Positions 13,701 through 26,215 of a DNA stretch of 64,000 bases are shown here, piece by piece. The number at the start of each line of letters is the position of its first letter. Positions within the stretch are counted from its first letter, which is position 1. Source of the stretch: Eledone cirrhosa (taxonomy: Eukaryota); NCBI GenBank assembly GCA_964016885.1, contig OZ024742.1:372310001-372374000 (forward strand), given 5' to 3'. The notes under the pieces are model-generated. The model saw only the letters and a program-made list of their open reading frames with translations, had not been told where the DNA came from and searched no databases. The position numbers and the translations under genes were made by a program.

Positions 13701-16700
13701 TATATAGAGTATAGAGTGTATATATTGAGTATACAGGGTGTATATATAGAGTATAGAGTGTATATATTGAGTATACAGGGTATATATATAGAGTATAGAG
13801 TGTATATATTGAGTATACAGGGTGTATATATAGAGTATAGAGTGTAGATATTGAGTATACAGGGTGTATATATAGAGTATAGAGTGTATATATTGAGTAT
13901 ATAGGGTGTATATATAGAGTATAGAGTGCATATATTGCGTATACCGGGTGTATATATAGAGTATAGAGTGTATATATTGAGTATATAGGGTGTATATATA
14001 GAGTATAGAGTGTATATATTGAGTATATAGTGTGTATATATAGAGTATAGAGTGTATATATTGCGTATACAGGGTATATATATAGAGTATAGAGTGTATA
14101 TATTGAGTATACAGGGTATATATAGAGTATAGAGTGTATATATTGAGTATACAGGGTGTATATATAGAGTATAGAGTGTATATGTTGAGTATACAGGATA
14201 TATATAGAGTATAGAGTGTATATATTGAGTATATAGGGTGTATATATAGAGTATAGAGTGTATATATTGAGTATACAGGGTATATATAGAGTATAGAGTG
14301 TATATATTAAGGATACAGGGTGTATATATAGAGTATAGATTGTATATATTGAGTATATAGGGTATATATAGAGTATAGAGTGTATATATTGAGTATACAG
14401 GGTGTATATAGAGAGTATAGAGTGTATATATTGAGTATATAGGGTGTGTATATAGAGTATAGAGTGTATATATTGAGTATACAGGGTGTATATATAGAGT
14501 ATAGAGTGTATATATTGAGTATATAGGGTGTATATATAGAGTATAGAGTGTATATATTGAGTATATAAGGTGTATATATAGAGTATAGAGTGTATATATT
14601 GAGTATACGGGGTGTATATATAGAGTATAGAGTGTATATATTGAGTATACAGGGTATATATATAGAGAGTATAGAGTGTGTATATTGAGTATACCGGGTG
14701 TATATATAGAGTATAGAGTGTATATATTGAGTGTATAGGGTGTATATATAGAGTATAGACTGTATATATTGAGTACACAAGGTATATATATAGAGTATAG
14801 AGTGTATATATTGAGTACATAAGGTGTATATATAGAGTATAGAGTGTATATATTGAGTATATAGGGTGTATATATAGAGTATAGAGTGTATATATTAAGG
14901 ATACAGGGTGTATATATAGAGTATAGATTGTATATATTGAGTATATAGGGTATATATAGAGTATAGAGTGTATATATTGAGTATACAGGGTGTATATAGA
15001 GAGTATAGAGTGTATATATTGAGTATATAGGGTGTGTATATAGAGTATAGAGTGTATATATTGAGTATACAGGGTGTATATATAGAGTATAGAGTGTATA
15101 TATTGAGTATATAGGGTGTATATATAGAGTATAGAGTGTATATATTGAGTATATAAGGTGTATATATAGAGTATAGAGTGTATATATTGAGTATACGGGG
15201 TGTATATATAGAGTATAGAGTGTATATATTGAGTATACAGGGTATATATATAGAGAGTATAGAGTGTGTATATTGAGTATACCGGGTGTATATATAGAGT
15301 ATAGAGTGTATATATTGAGTGTATAGGGTGTATATATAGAGTATAGACTGTATATATTGAGTACACAAGGTATATATATAGAGTATAGAGTGTATATATT
15401 GAGTACATAAGGTGTATATATAGAGTATAGAGTGTATATATTGAGTATATAGGGTGTATATATAGAGTATAGAGTGTATATATTGAGTATACAGGGTATA
15501 TATATAGAGTATAGAGTGTATATATTAAGGATACAGGGTGTATATATAGAGTATAGAGTGTATATATTGAGTATATAGGGTGTGTATATAGAGTATAGAG
15601 TGTATATATTAAGTATACAGGGTGTATATATAGAGTATAGAGTGTAGATATTGAGTATACAGGGTGTATATATAGAGTATAGAGTGTATATATTGAGTAC
15701 ACAAGGTGTATATATAGAGTATAGAGTGTATATATTGAGTACATAAGGTGTATATATAGAGTATAGAGTGTATATATTGAGTATATAGGGTGTATATATA
15801 GAGTATAGAGTGTATATATTGAGTATACAGGGTATATATATAGAGTATAGAGTGTATATATTAAGGATACAGGGTGTATATATAGAGTATAGAGTGTATA
15901 TATTGAGTATATAGGGTGTGTATATAGAGTATAGAGTGTATATATTGAGTATACAGGGTGTATATATAGAGTATAGAGTGTATATATTGAGTATACAGGG
16001 TGTATATATAGAGTATAGAGTGTATATATTGAGTATATAGGGTGTATATATAGAGTATAGAGTGTATATATTGAGTATACAGCGTCTATATATAGAGTAT
16101 AGAGTGTATATATTGAGTATACAGGGTGTATATATAGAGTATAGAGTGTATATATTGAGTATATAGGGTGTATATATAGAGTATAGAGTGTATATATTGA
16201 GTATACAGCGTCTATATATAGAGTATAGAGTGTATATATTGAGTATACAGGGTGTATATATAGAGTATAGAGTGTATATATTGAGTATACAGCGTCTATA
16301 TATAGAGTATAGAGTGTATATATTGAGTATACAGGGTGTATATATAGAGTATAGAATGTATATATTGAGTACACAAGGTGTATATATAGAGTATAGAGTG
16401 TATATATTGAGTATATAGGGTGTATATATAGAGTATAGAGTGTATATATTGAGTATATATGATGTATATATAGAGTATAGAGTGTATATATTGAGTATAC
16501 AGCGTGTATATATAGAGTATAGAATGTATATATTGAGTATATAGGGTGTATATATAGAGTATAGAGTGTATATATTGAGTATACAGGGTATATATAGAGT
16601 ATAGAGTGTATATATTGAGTATATAGGGTGTATATATAGAGTATAGAGTGTATATATTGAGTATACAGGGTCTATATATAGAGTATAGAGTGTATATATT

Positions 16701-19380
16701 GAGTATACAGGGTATATATAGAGTATAGAGTGTATATATTGAGTATACAGGGTGTATATATAGAGTATAGAGTGTATATATTGAGTATATAGGGTGTATA
16801 TATAGAGTAGAGAGTGTATATATTGAGTATACAGGGTGTATATATATAGAGTGTAGAGTGTATATATTGAGTATACAGGGTGTATATATAGAGTATTGAG
16901 TGTATATATTGAGTATATAGGGTGTATATATAGAGTATAGAGTGTAGATATTGAGTATACAGGGTGTATATATAGAGTATAGAGTGTATATATTGAGTAT
17001 ATAGGGTATATATAGAGTATAGAGTGTATATATTGAGTACACAGGATGTATATATAGAGTATAGAGTGTATATATTGAGTATAGAGTGTATATATTGAGT
17101 ATACAGGGTGTATATATATAGAATAAAGAGTGTATATATTGAGTATACAGGGTGTATATATAGAGTATAGAGTGTATATATTGAGTATACAGGGTGTATA
17201 TATAGAGTATAGAGTGTATATATTGAGTATACAGGGTGTATATATAGAGTATAGAGTGTATATATTGAGTATACAGGGTGTATATAGAGTATAGAGTGTA
17301 TATATTGAGTATACAGTGTATATATAGAGTATAGAGTGTATATATTGAGTATACAGTGTCTATATATAGAGTATAGAGTGTATATATTGAGTATACACCC
17401 TATATACTCAATATATACACTCTATAGTCTATATATACACCCTGTATACTCAATATATACACTCTATACTCTATATATACACCCTATATACTCAATATAT
17501 ACACTCTATACTCTATATATACACCCTGTATACTCAATATATACACTCTATACTCTATATATACACCCTGTATACTCAATATATACAGTCTATACTCTAT
17601 ATATATACCCTATATACTCAATATATACACTCTATACTCTATATATACACCCTGTATACTCAATATATACACTCTATACTCTATATATATATACCCTGTA
17701 TACTCAATATATACACTCTATACTCTATATACACACCCTATATACTCAATACATACACTCTATACTCTATATATACACCCTGTATCCTTAATATATACAC
17801 TCTATACTCTATATATACCCTGTATACTCAATATATACACTCTATACTCTATATATACACCATGTGTACTCAATACATACACTCTATACTCTCTATATAC
17901 ACCCTGTATCCTTAATATATACACTCTATACTCTATATATACCCTGTATACTCAATATATACACTCTATACTCTATATATACACCATGTGTACTCAATAT
18001 ATACAGTCTATACTCTATATATACACACTGTATACTCAATATATACACTCTATACTCTATATATACACCCTGTATACTCAATATATACACTCTATACTCT
18101 ATATATACACCATGTATACTCAATATCTACACTCTATACTCTATATATACACCCTGTATACTCAATATATACACTCTATACTCTATATATACACCCTGTA
18201 TACTCAATATATACACTCTATACTCTATATATACACCCTATATACTCAATATATACACTCTATACTCTATATATACACCTTGTGTACTCAATATTTACAC
18301 TCTATACTCTATATATACACCCTATACTCTATATATACACCTTGTGTACTCAATATATACAGTCTATACTCTATATATATACACCCTGTATACTCAATAT
18401 ATACAGTCTATACTCTATATATACACCTTGTGTACTCAATATATACACTCTATACTCTATATATACACACTATATACTCAATATATACACTCTATACTCT
18501 ATATATACACCTTGTGTACTCAATATATACAGTCTATACTCTATATATATACACCCTGTATACTCAATATATACAGTCTATACTCTATATATACACCTTG
18601 TGTACTCAATATATACACTCTATACTCTATATATACACACTATATACTCAATATATACACTCTATACTCTATATATACACCTTGTGTACTCAATATTTAC
18701 ACTCTATACTCTATATATACACCCTATATACTCAATATATACACTCTATACTCTATATATACACCTTGTGTACTCAATATATACACTCTATACTCTCTAT
18801 ATATACACCCTATATACTCAATATATACACTCTATACTCTCTATATACACCCTGTGTACTCAATATATACACTCTATACTCTATATATACACCTTGTGTA
18901 CTCAATATATACACTCTATACTCTCTATATACACCCTGTATACTCAATATATACACTCTATACTCTATATATACACCTTGTGTACTCAATATATACACTC
19001 TATACTCTCTATATACACCCTATATACTCAATATATACACTCTATACTCTCTATATACACCCTGTATACTCAATATATACACTCTATACTCTATATATAC
19101 ACCCTGTGTACTCAATATATACACTCTATACTCTATATATACACTATATACTCAATATATACACTCTATACTCTATATATATACACCCTGTATACTCAAT
19201 ATATACAGTCTATACTCTATATATCCACCCTATATACTCAATATATACACCCTATATACTCTATATACACACTCTATACTCTTTATATTCATCCTGTATA
19301 CTCAATACATACACTCTATACTCTATATATACACTATATACTCTATATATACACTATATACTCTATATATACACTATATA
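7773..19380. repeat. 42-bp satellite array (~11.6 kb) with an orientation switch at ~17395
   Basis: Unit AGGGTGTATATATAGAGTATAGAGTGTATATATTGAGTATAC up to ~17396, then its reverse complement to ~19380. Confidence 0.97.
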
Positions 19381-19911
19381 TGGTGTTGTCCAAGGGAAAG
19401 TCAAAGGCTGATACAGCTTGGCGCCAGTGACGTCACAACTCATTTCTACAACTGAGTAAACTGGAGCAATGTGAAAATAAAGTGTCTTGCTCAAGAACAC
19501 AATGCAACGCCCAACCCGAGAATCAAACTCACAACCTCATGATTGTAAGCCACATGTGTCTTCTTCCTCAACACATGACTCAACCATCTCATTTCATTTC
19601 TCTTTACAACATTCAACACTAATTCTATTCCTATCATCCACTGTAATTCATTATTTATCTTCCTCTCTCTCTCACTGATACTCCACTTATCTAATGGACC
19701 ATTCTCATTTCCATTCTTTCCAGCCTTTTCTGTTGCTCCATGTTCATCACCAATATTTCACACCCATAAATAATGGCACTTCTCACATGTAGCATACACC
19801 TTTCCCTCACCATCAGCTCCATTATGAGTCATTATTTTGTGGTTAACTGCCCTCTCTAGCACAAAGTCTATTTCATATTTTAATTTGAAAAATAAATCTT
19901 TTCAATTTCAG

Positions 19912-20064
19912 GTGTTGTATGATGAATTACACCTTGATAAACAACTGGATAACTCTTTACAAATAAAGAAGACATCTTGTCAACAAAAATCTACCTCTGA
20001 AGTTATGTTGAAGCAGTTTCTTGATATACATCCTCTACCTGCTCTCATATTAGAATACAGACAG
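19912..20064 (+). CDS. POLN: DNA polymerase nu-like exon E (VLYDELHLDKQL...KSTSEVMLKQFLDIHPLPALILEYRQ)
   Basis: tttcag acceptor, CAG|gtaaca donor, 153 nt. STSE and HPLP-x2-ILEYRQ motifs. Confidence 0.92.
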
Positions 20065-20644
20065 GTAACAGCTTTAATAATCATTTTAAAAACTATTAGT
20101 CTTATATAGATCTGACTGGGGGCATGGGGTCCAGTGGTAATTGCTGTGGGTTTGATACCTGGGCTGTGTTGTGCTCTTGAGCAAAGCACTTCATTTCACA
20201 TTGCTCCAGTATACTCAGTTGAAAATGTGTACCAGTAATAGATGGGGGTTTAATCCTGCAATGGACTGGCATCCTGTCCAGGAGGGAGTGTTGTACTCTC
20301 AGTCGCTTCACACCACAGAAGCCAGAATAAGCACTGGACTTCAGGCTCAAGACAAACTTTAGATAGATCTGACTATAAGAGGACTCAGATGCAGTGTGCA
20401 AGAGAGAAGACTACACTGGTATGTACATGTGATGTGCATGAGCAATGATCACTCAGTGAAGAAGTGCCAAGAAATTCTAGTGGAAGGAAGCCACTGTAGA
20501 GGACGACATGCGTGGAGGTGATGAAAGCTGATCTCAAATCACTGAAACCCACAGAGGAGATGATGAAGTAAACAACAAGTGGAGGTATGTTGTGCTGAAA
20601 GAGACCTATCCATCCCATACAAGCATGAAAAAGTGAATGTAAAA

Positions 20645-20830
20645 ATAATTGTTTCTACTTTTGGCACAAGGCCAGCAATTATACCAGTGTATTACTGGTA
20701 CTTTATTTTATCGAGCCCGTAAGGATGAAAGGCAAAGTTAACCTCGGCAGGATTTGAACTCAAAACACAAAGGGCCATAATTCTATGCTGCAAAGCATGT
20801 TGTCTGGTGCTCTACCGATTCTGCCAAACC
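20645..20830 (-). mobile_element. SINE family 1 copy
   Basis: Reverse complement of the family 1 body. Confidence 0.8.
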
Positions 20831-21069
20831 CTTGTAGAAATAATGATAATGATGAGATAAGGCTTCAAATATTGGAACTATTTGTCAACCCTGGTGTAAT
20901 TTGTAACATAGCAGCCTGACATATGACATGTGTAAGTTTGAGTCCCACAGGTGATGCTGTCGACTTGTTTCCATCTCTAGGGGCTAAAATGTCCATCTTG
21001 TAAAAAATCTGCATTGAAGCTGTTAACTTTAACCCTCTCATGAAATACACTCTATTTTAATTAATTAAT

Positions 21070-21706
21070 GAAGATGCTTTGTTGGATGTGCAATGTGTCA
21101 GAGAAAGGCAGAGCTTGGATGAACTGAGGGAGAAACTGGGTTTAAAAGGAATCCGAGAGTGGTGTGCAGGAGAGAAGACTGCATTGGTATGGACATGTGA
21201 TGCACATGAACTTTGATCGATGGGTGAAGAAGTGCCAGGAAATGCCAGTTGAAGGAAGTCGTAGTAGAGGTAGACCAAGAAAGACCTGGGCAGAGGTGAT
21301 GAGAGCTGATCTCAAATTGCTGAGACTCACAGAGATGAAAAAATGTGACAGTGGAGAGATGCTGTGCTGAGAAGGACCTGTCCAATGCATGCCTGGAACA
21401 CAATCAGTGGAGAGATGCTGTGCTGAGAAGGACCTGTCCAATGCATGCCTGGAACACAATCAGTGGAGAGATGCTGTGCTGAGAAGGACCTGTCCAATGC
21501 ATGCCTGGAACACAATCAGTGGAGAGATGCTGTGCTGAGAAGGACCTGTCCAATGCATGCCTGGAACACAATCAGTGGAGAGATGCTGTGCTGAGAAGGA
21601 CCTGTCCAATGCATGCCTGGAACACAATCAGTGGAGAGATGCTGTGCTGAGAAGGACCTGTCCAATGCATGCAACCATGGAAAAATGGGCGTAAAATGAT
21701 GATGAG
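21070..21706 (+). mobile_element. RTE LINE 3' fragment containing a 56-bp tandem expansion
   Basis: ORF 21164 (QERRLHWYGHVM...RGRPRKTW) and an (ATG)n tail. Confidence 0.85.
21349..21672. repeat. 56-bp tandem repeat, ~5.8 copies
   Basis: CAGTGGAGAGATGC starts at 21349, 21405, 21461, 21517, 21573, 21629. Confidence 0.95.
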
Positions 21707-22166
21707 GAATTTTGAGAGATATACTAAACTTATTAATTATTTCATTACCAAGATAGTAACTTAATGTAAGGTTCTTATATAAAATTGTTAGAAGATTTTA
21801 ATTTAAATTGTAAACCTTTAAAATGGGTGCTTTTATTTCATAGGAGCCAGTTTGGACCATGTTAATTAAAGGGTATATTCATTCGAAATTAATTATTCTT
21901 TTTTTTCTTCCCTTCTTGTATTTTAATTAAAGATAATTAAGTGTTTCTATTCTATTTTCTGGTGAGAATAAAAGAATATGAGTTGAAGCAGTTGAAGTGT
22001 TTTTAGTTACAGTATTCACATTAACCCTTTTATTACTATATTTCTAATAAAGGACATCGTCTAATATTAGATTTTATTAGATTATATGATTTTCTATTAA
22101 TTTTGGCAATGAGCAGCAATTCGGAGGTATTTAACTAGTGTTTTCATTATCAAGATGGTGTTTGGG

Positions 22167-22548
22167 GTGGTGGATTGGCAGTATCGGTAGAGCATCGGAC
22201 AACATGCTACACGGTATAGAGTTATGGCCCTTTACGACCTGAGTTCAAATCCCGCCAAGGTAAGCTTTCCCTTTCATCCTTACGGGGATGATAAAATAAA
22301 GTACCAGTAACACACTGGGGTCATTTTAATCAACTTTCCCCTCCCCCAAAATTGTTGGCCTTGTGCCTGAATCAGAAACCAATTGGCAGAATCGGTAGAG
22401 GGTTGGACAATATGCTTTGCAGCATAGAGTTATGGCCCTTTACGATCTGAGTTCAAATCCCGCCGAGGTTAACTTTGCCTTTCATCCTTACGGGGTTGAT
22501 GAAATAAAGTACCAGTAATATACTTATGTCAAAAGTAGAAACAATTAT
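22167..22548 (+). mobile_element. Two adjacent SINE family 1 copies
   Basis: TGGCAG(T/A)ATCGGTAGAG heads at ~22176 and ~22384, each with a B box GAGTTCAAATCC. Confidence 0.8.
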
Positions 22549-22620
22549 TATTATATTCTTCAGTAATATATACTTAGTTTATTGTTTTTAAATACTTGCT
22601 GCTTTTGTTGTTGTTTATAG

Positions 22621-22804
22621 CTACAGAAACTAAAATCTACCTATATTGATGGAATATTATTGTATCAAAGTAACAGCTATATCTCTACCCACTGGGACCA
22701 GATTGCAGCTGCTACTGGTAGGTTGACATCAGCTCAACCTAATATACAAGCTTTCCCTAAAAATATGGTGACTATTGAAAACTATAATGACTCCTATATC
22801 ATTG
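22621..22804 (+). CDS. POLN: DNA polymerase nu-like exon F (LQKLKSTYIDGILL...ISTHWDQIAAATGRLTSAQPNIQAFPK...)
   Basis: tttatag acceptor, G|gtaagc donor. KLKSTY-x-DG and TGRL-x-S-x2-PN-x-Q are hallmark family A polymerase motifs. The W-x-Q before TGRL and the lack of POLQ insertions favour POLN. Confidence 0.92.
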
Positions 22805-22854
22805 GTAAGCATGCTGTTTCTTTTATCATTGCTACATCTAGTTTTAGTTTTTAA

Positions 22855-23745
22855 TAATAATAATAATAATAATGAAATTATTGTGTACAGTGCTCAGGTG
22901 CACTACAACTCATCAAAGGTGCATGCATAGTACATAGAATAATTGTTTCTACTTTAGGCACAAGGCCAGCAATTGTCCAGTGCATTACTGGTACTTTATT
23001 TTATCGACCCCGTAAGGATGAAAGGCAAAGTCAACCTCGGCGGGATTTGAACTCAGATCATAAAGGGACGTAACTATGCTGGAAAGCATGGCGTCCGACC
23101 CTCTACCAATACTGCCAATACATAGAATAATGTACAAATGTCAGGAAAGTGAACAGTGTATGAGTCATAAAATACATGTGTGCATGTGAATGGAGGGGGG
23201 TAGTGTTGGCGAATCTCAGGAAGCATGGAGGTTTTAAAGGATGCAGTGTCCCAGCAGCTAACAACTGATGCAGGTAGTTTGTTCCTAGCGTGAAAAAATG
23301 TTTCCGAAAGTCATGGGAGCTGTTTTCTGACTTTGTGGGCATGCCCACGTGTGTTAGACATATGGAAATCAAACAGGTACCCAAGGTTGTTGTTGGCAAG
23401 ATGGTTAATAATATTGTGGGTGTTTACCAAGTCAGTTGCCAGGCATCGGAGCTTCAATGTATACATGCCCAGAGAAGCAAGGTGTTCAGAGTATGGTAGA
23501 TGCTTGATGGAGGGTATTCGTTTGGTTGCACGTCTCTGTAGAGTTTCCAGGAGGTCAATGTTCTGAGCAAGATAGGGGTTCCAGACTGGTGATGCAAATT
23601 CTAAGTGTGGTTGCACCATAGCCATGTTCAGCTTTAAATAGATAGCTGGAGAGCGGCTGACAAAAGTCTTGCTGAGTGATGCTAAGACACCCTCGGCTTT
23701 CTTGACAATTTTAGAGACGTGCTTCATCCAACGCAAATTGCTGCT
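22855..23745 (-). mobile_element. CR1-clade LINE 3' fragment interrupted by a SINE
   Basis: PHLEFASPVWNPY...QRRATK...NTRGH motifs and a (TTA)n tail. Confidence 0.88.
22944..23118 (-). mobile_element. SINE family 1 inserted in the CR1 3' UTR with a 13-bp TSD
   Basis: TACATAGAATAAT at 22931-22943 and 23119-23131. Confidence 0.88.
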
Positions 23746-23809
23746 GTCCTCATTCTCATTCTTTTTCAACATTTAGAGATTAAAACAATAAAAAAAAACT
23801 TGTATTTAT

Positions 23810-24436
23810 AATAATAATAATAATAATAATGAAATATTGTGTACAGTGCTCAGGTGCACTACAACTCATCAAAAAGTGTATGTATAGTACGTTGGGTAAT
23901 GTACAAACGTCAGGAAAATGAACAGTGCATGAGTCATGATATACACATGTGTGCATGTGTATAGAAGGGATACATCAGGTGTAGTTTTGGTGTATTTTGG
24001 GAAGCATGAGGGTTTTAAAGGATGCAGTGTCTCGGCAGCTAACAACTGATGCAGGTAGTTTGTTCCATGCTTCAGCAACTCTGAGCGTGAAAAAATGTTT
24101 CCGAAAGTCATGGGAGCTGTGCTGTTTTCTGACTTTGTAGGCATGTCCACGTGTGTTAGACACATGGAGATCAAAAAGGTGCTCAGGGTTGTTGTTGGCG
24201 AGATGGTTAATAACTTTGTGGGTGTTTACCAAGTCCATTGCCAGACGTCGGAGCTTCAATGAATCCATACCCAGGGAAGCAAGGCGTTCAGAGTATGGTA
24301 GCTGTCTGATGGAGGGTATGCGCTTGGTTGCACATCTCTGAACAGTTTCCAGGAGGTCAATGTTCTGAGCAAGACAGGGGTTCCAGACTGATGATGCGAA
24401 TTCCAAGTGTGGTTGTACCATAGCTGTATATGTCAT
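23810..24436 (-). mobile_element. Second CR1-clade LINE 3' fragment
   Basis: ORF 23975-24436 (PHLEFASSVWNP...FFTLRVAEAWNKLP) and a (TTA)n tail. Confidence 0.88.
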
Positions 24437-25642
24437 TTATTGAACAAAAGTTATACAATGATAGAAATATTTAAAAAGGGATATAAACAAAATTAAGAAA
24501 TGAAAAAAAAGGAAATGTGTAAATAAGGGCAGATTTGGCTCTATAAGAAATTAAAGAAAAGGATTATCCTATCTACTATACATGTACCTTTGATGAGTTG
24601 TAGTGCACCTGAGCACTACACAATTTTTATTTTTTCCTTTTCATTTTCATTTTCATTACTATAAATGCCATAAATGAGAAGAAAATGAGGGAAGTTAGAG
24701 AAACAGCAGCAACCTCTACACACAGTGGGTTATACATTAGCAACATACTTGCTGGCTGCCACCTACAGCAACCATTATCTAGATGATACTATCCTTCATC
24801 TTTCTGTACCCAAGTATTATCTACCTGCACCCTAGATACCTACTTCAATATTACATTAAATATTGGTTTGTTTCCTTTTATTATCACATGAAAGGGCAAA
24901 GTATGTACTGCTTTTGTTGCTATTTTAATCTACTGCTGGGTATACTCTACCTCCCTCTACAAGCAACATGTAACCTACTCCCCACTTCCTATCATTGCCC
25001 TCCCAATTTGGCCAAGGGCACAAGCACCCTAATTTTGAAAAGTGGTAGTGCTGGTGCTACAATAAAATGTGAGAGAAATGTACTTAGAGAAAGAAAGGGA
25101 ATGTCATTTGTTTAAAGAGAGAAAGTGTGTGTAAGAGAGAAAAGAGGGAGAAGACGTCACCCCCATCTAGTCATATAAAATGATGAAATTGTTGTAAGAA
25201 GTGAAGGGATCTACCTTTGAGCCTCCACTTGTGTCCAGACAGAACTTCCCTGCATGATGCTCACCTGTTTCATGTCTGGCCAGAGAACATAGTAAAACTC
25301 ACTCATTCACACCAGTTATTACAGGATGTCCACACTATATGGACTAAGAGAGAGAGACCTGGCCTACACACTGATGTGGCCCCTCACTTCCAGCAACACC
25401 TCCCCTGCACTTCTGGCTTCCTAGCCCTACAAAACTTATGTTGGTTGATTTTCTTGGGGGTGATTCATGATGACTTTCTCTTACCATATTTCTATGATTT
25501 TCAAATAATTTTGAAAAATAAATCAAGAATTTGAATGGATTTAGTTATATAACTTTCTTATTGTTAAGATGGTATTTGGAATGTAACTTAACAAAGGTTC
25601 TTACATTGAATTATGGAAGGTTTTTAGATAACTATAAACACT

Positions 25643-26215
25643 TTAACCCTTTCATTACTATATGGAGGCACATGGCTTAGTGGTTAGAGCATTGGGCTTG
25701 CAATGGAAAGGTTGTGAGTTCAATTCTCAGACCGGGTGATGTGTTGTTTCCTTGAGCAAGACACTTTATTTCACATTGCTCCAGTTTACTCAGCTGTAGA
25801 AATGAGATGATAGGGACTGGGGTCCCTATCATTCCACTGCAAAAGTGGTCGTGGAGGTGCCACGGCAAAAAAGCACCCAGCACTCACTGTAAATGAGGTT
25901 GGTGTTAGGAAGGGCATCCAGCTGTAAAAATCAAGCCAGTATCAGTTCCCGTCCCACCCTTGCAAGCAGGGAAAAGCGGACGTAAAATGATGATGATGAT
26001 GATGATTTCTAATGAAATAGGCTGCCTATGGTCTTCACATAATTTTGAAAATGCTAAAGAATTTGGATGGATATTGTAATATAATAACTTTCTCATTATT
26101 AAACTGGTGTTTAGAATATAACAAAGATTCTTACATAAAAAGGTTTTAGATAATAAACAGGTTTATATAATAGAACCAGAGCCAGTTTTATGCAGTTTGG
26201 TATCAAAACAGTTAA
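25643..26215. mobile_element. TTAA MITE (second family) split by a SINE
   Basis: TTAACCCTTTCATTACTATA continues after the SINE as TTTCTAATGAAA. The uninterrupted copy is at 22021. Confidence 0.55.
25660..26006 (+). mobile_element. tRNA-derived SINE family 2 with RTE-derived 3' tail
   Basis: A box TGGCTTAGTGG, B box GAGTTCAATTC. The tail matches the RTE 3' UTR and ends in (ATG)n. Confidence 0.88.

Noticed and set aside
7748-19455. Very long ORFs (up to 2542 aa) rich in Y/I/T/L
   Set aside because: They are stop-free frames of the 42-bp satellite and not proteins.
24588-24625. TTGATGAG plus stem GTAGTGC/GCACTAC
   Set aside because: It lacks the C3 and GAAA core and is the ordinary CR1 3' UTR stem-loop.
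25665-25740. tRNA gene
   Set aside because: A/B boxes are present, but they are the head of a multi-copy SINE and no complete cloverleaf was seen.
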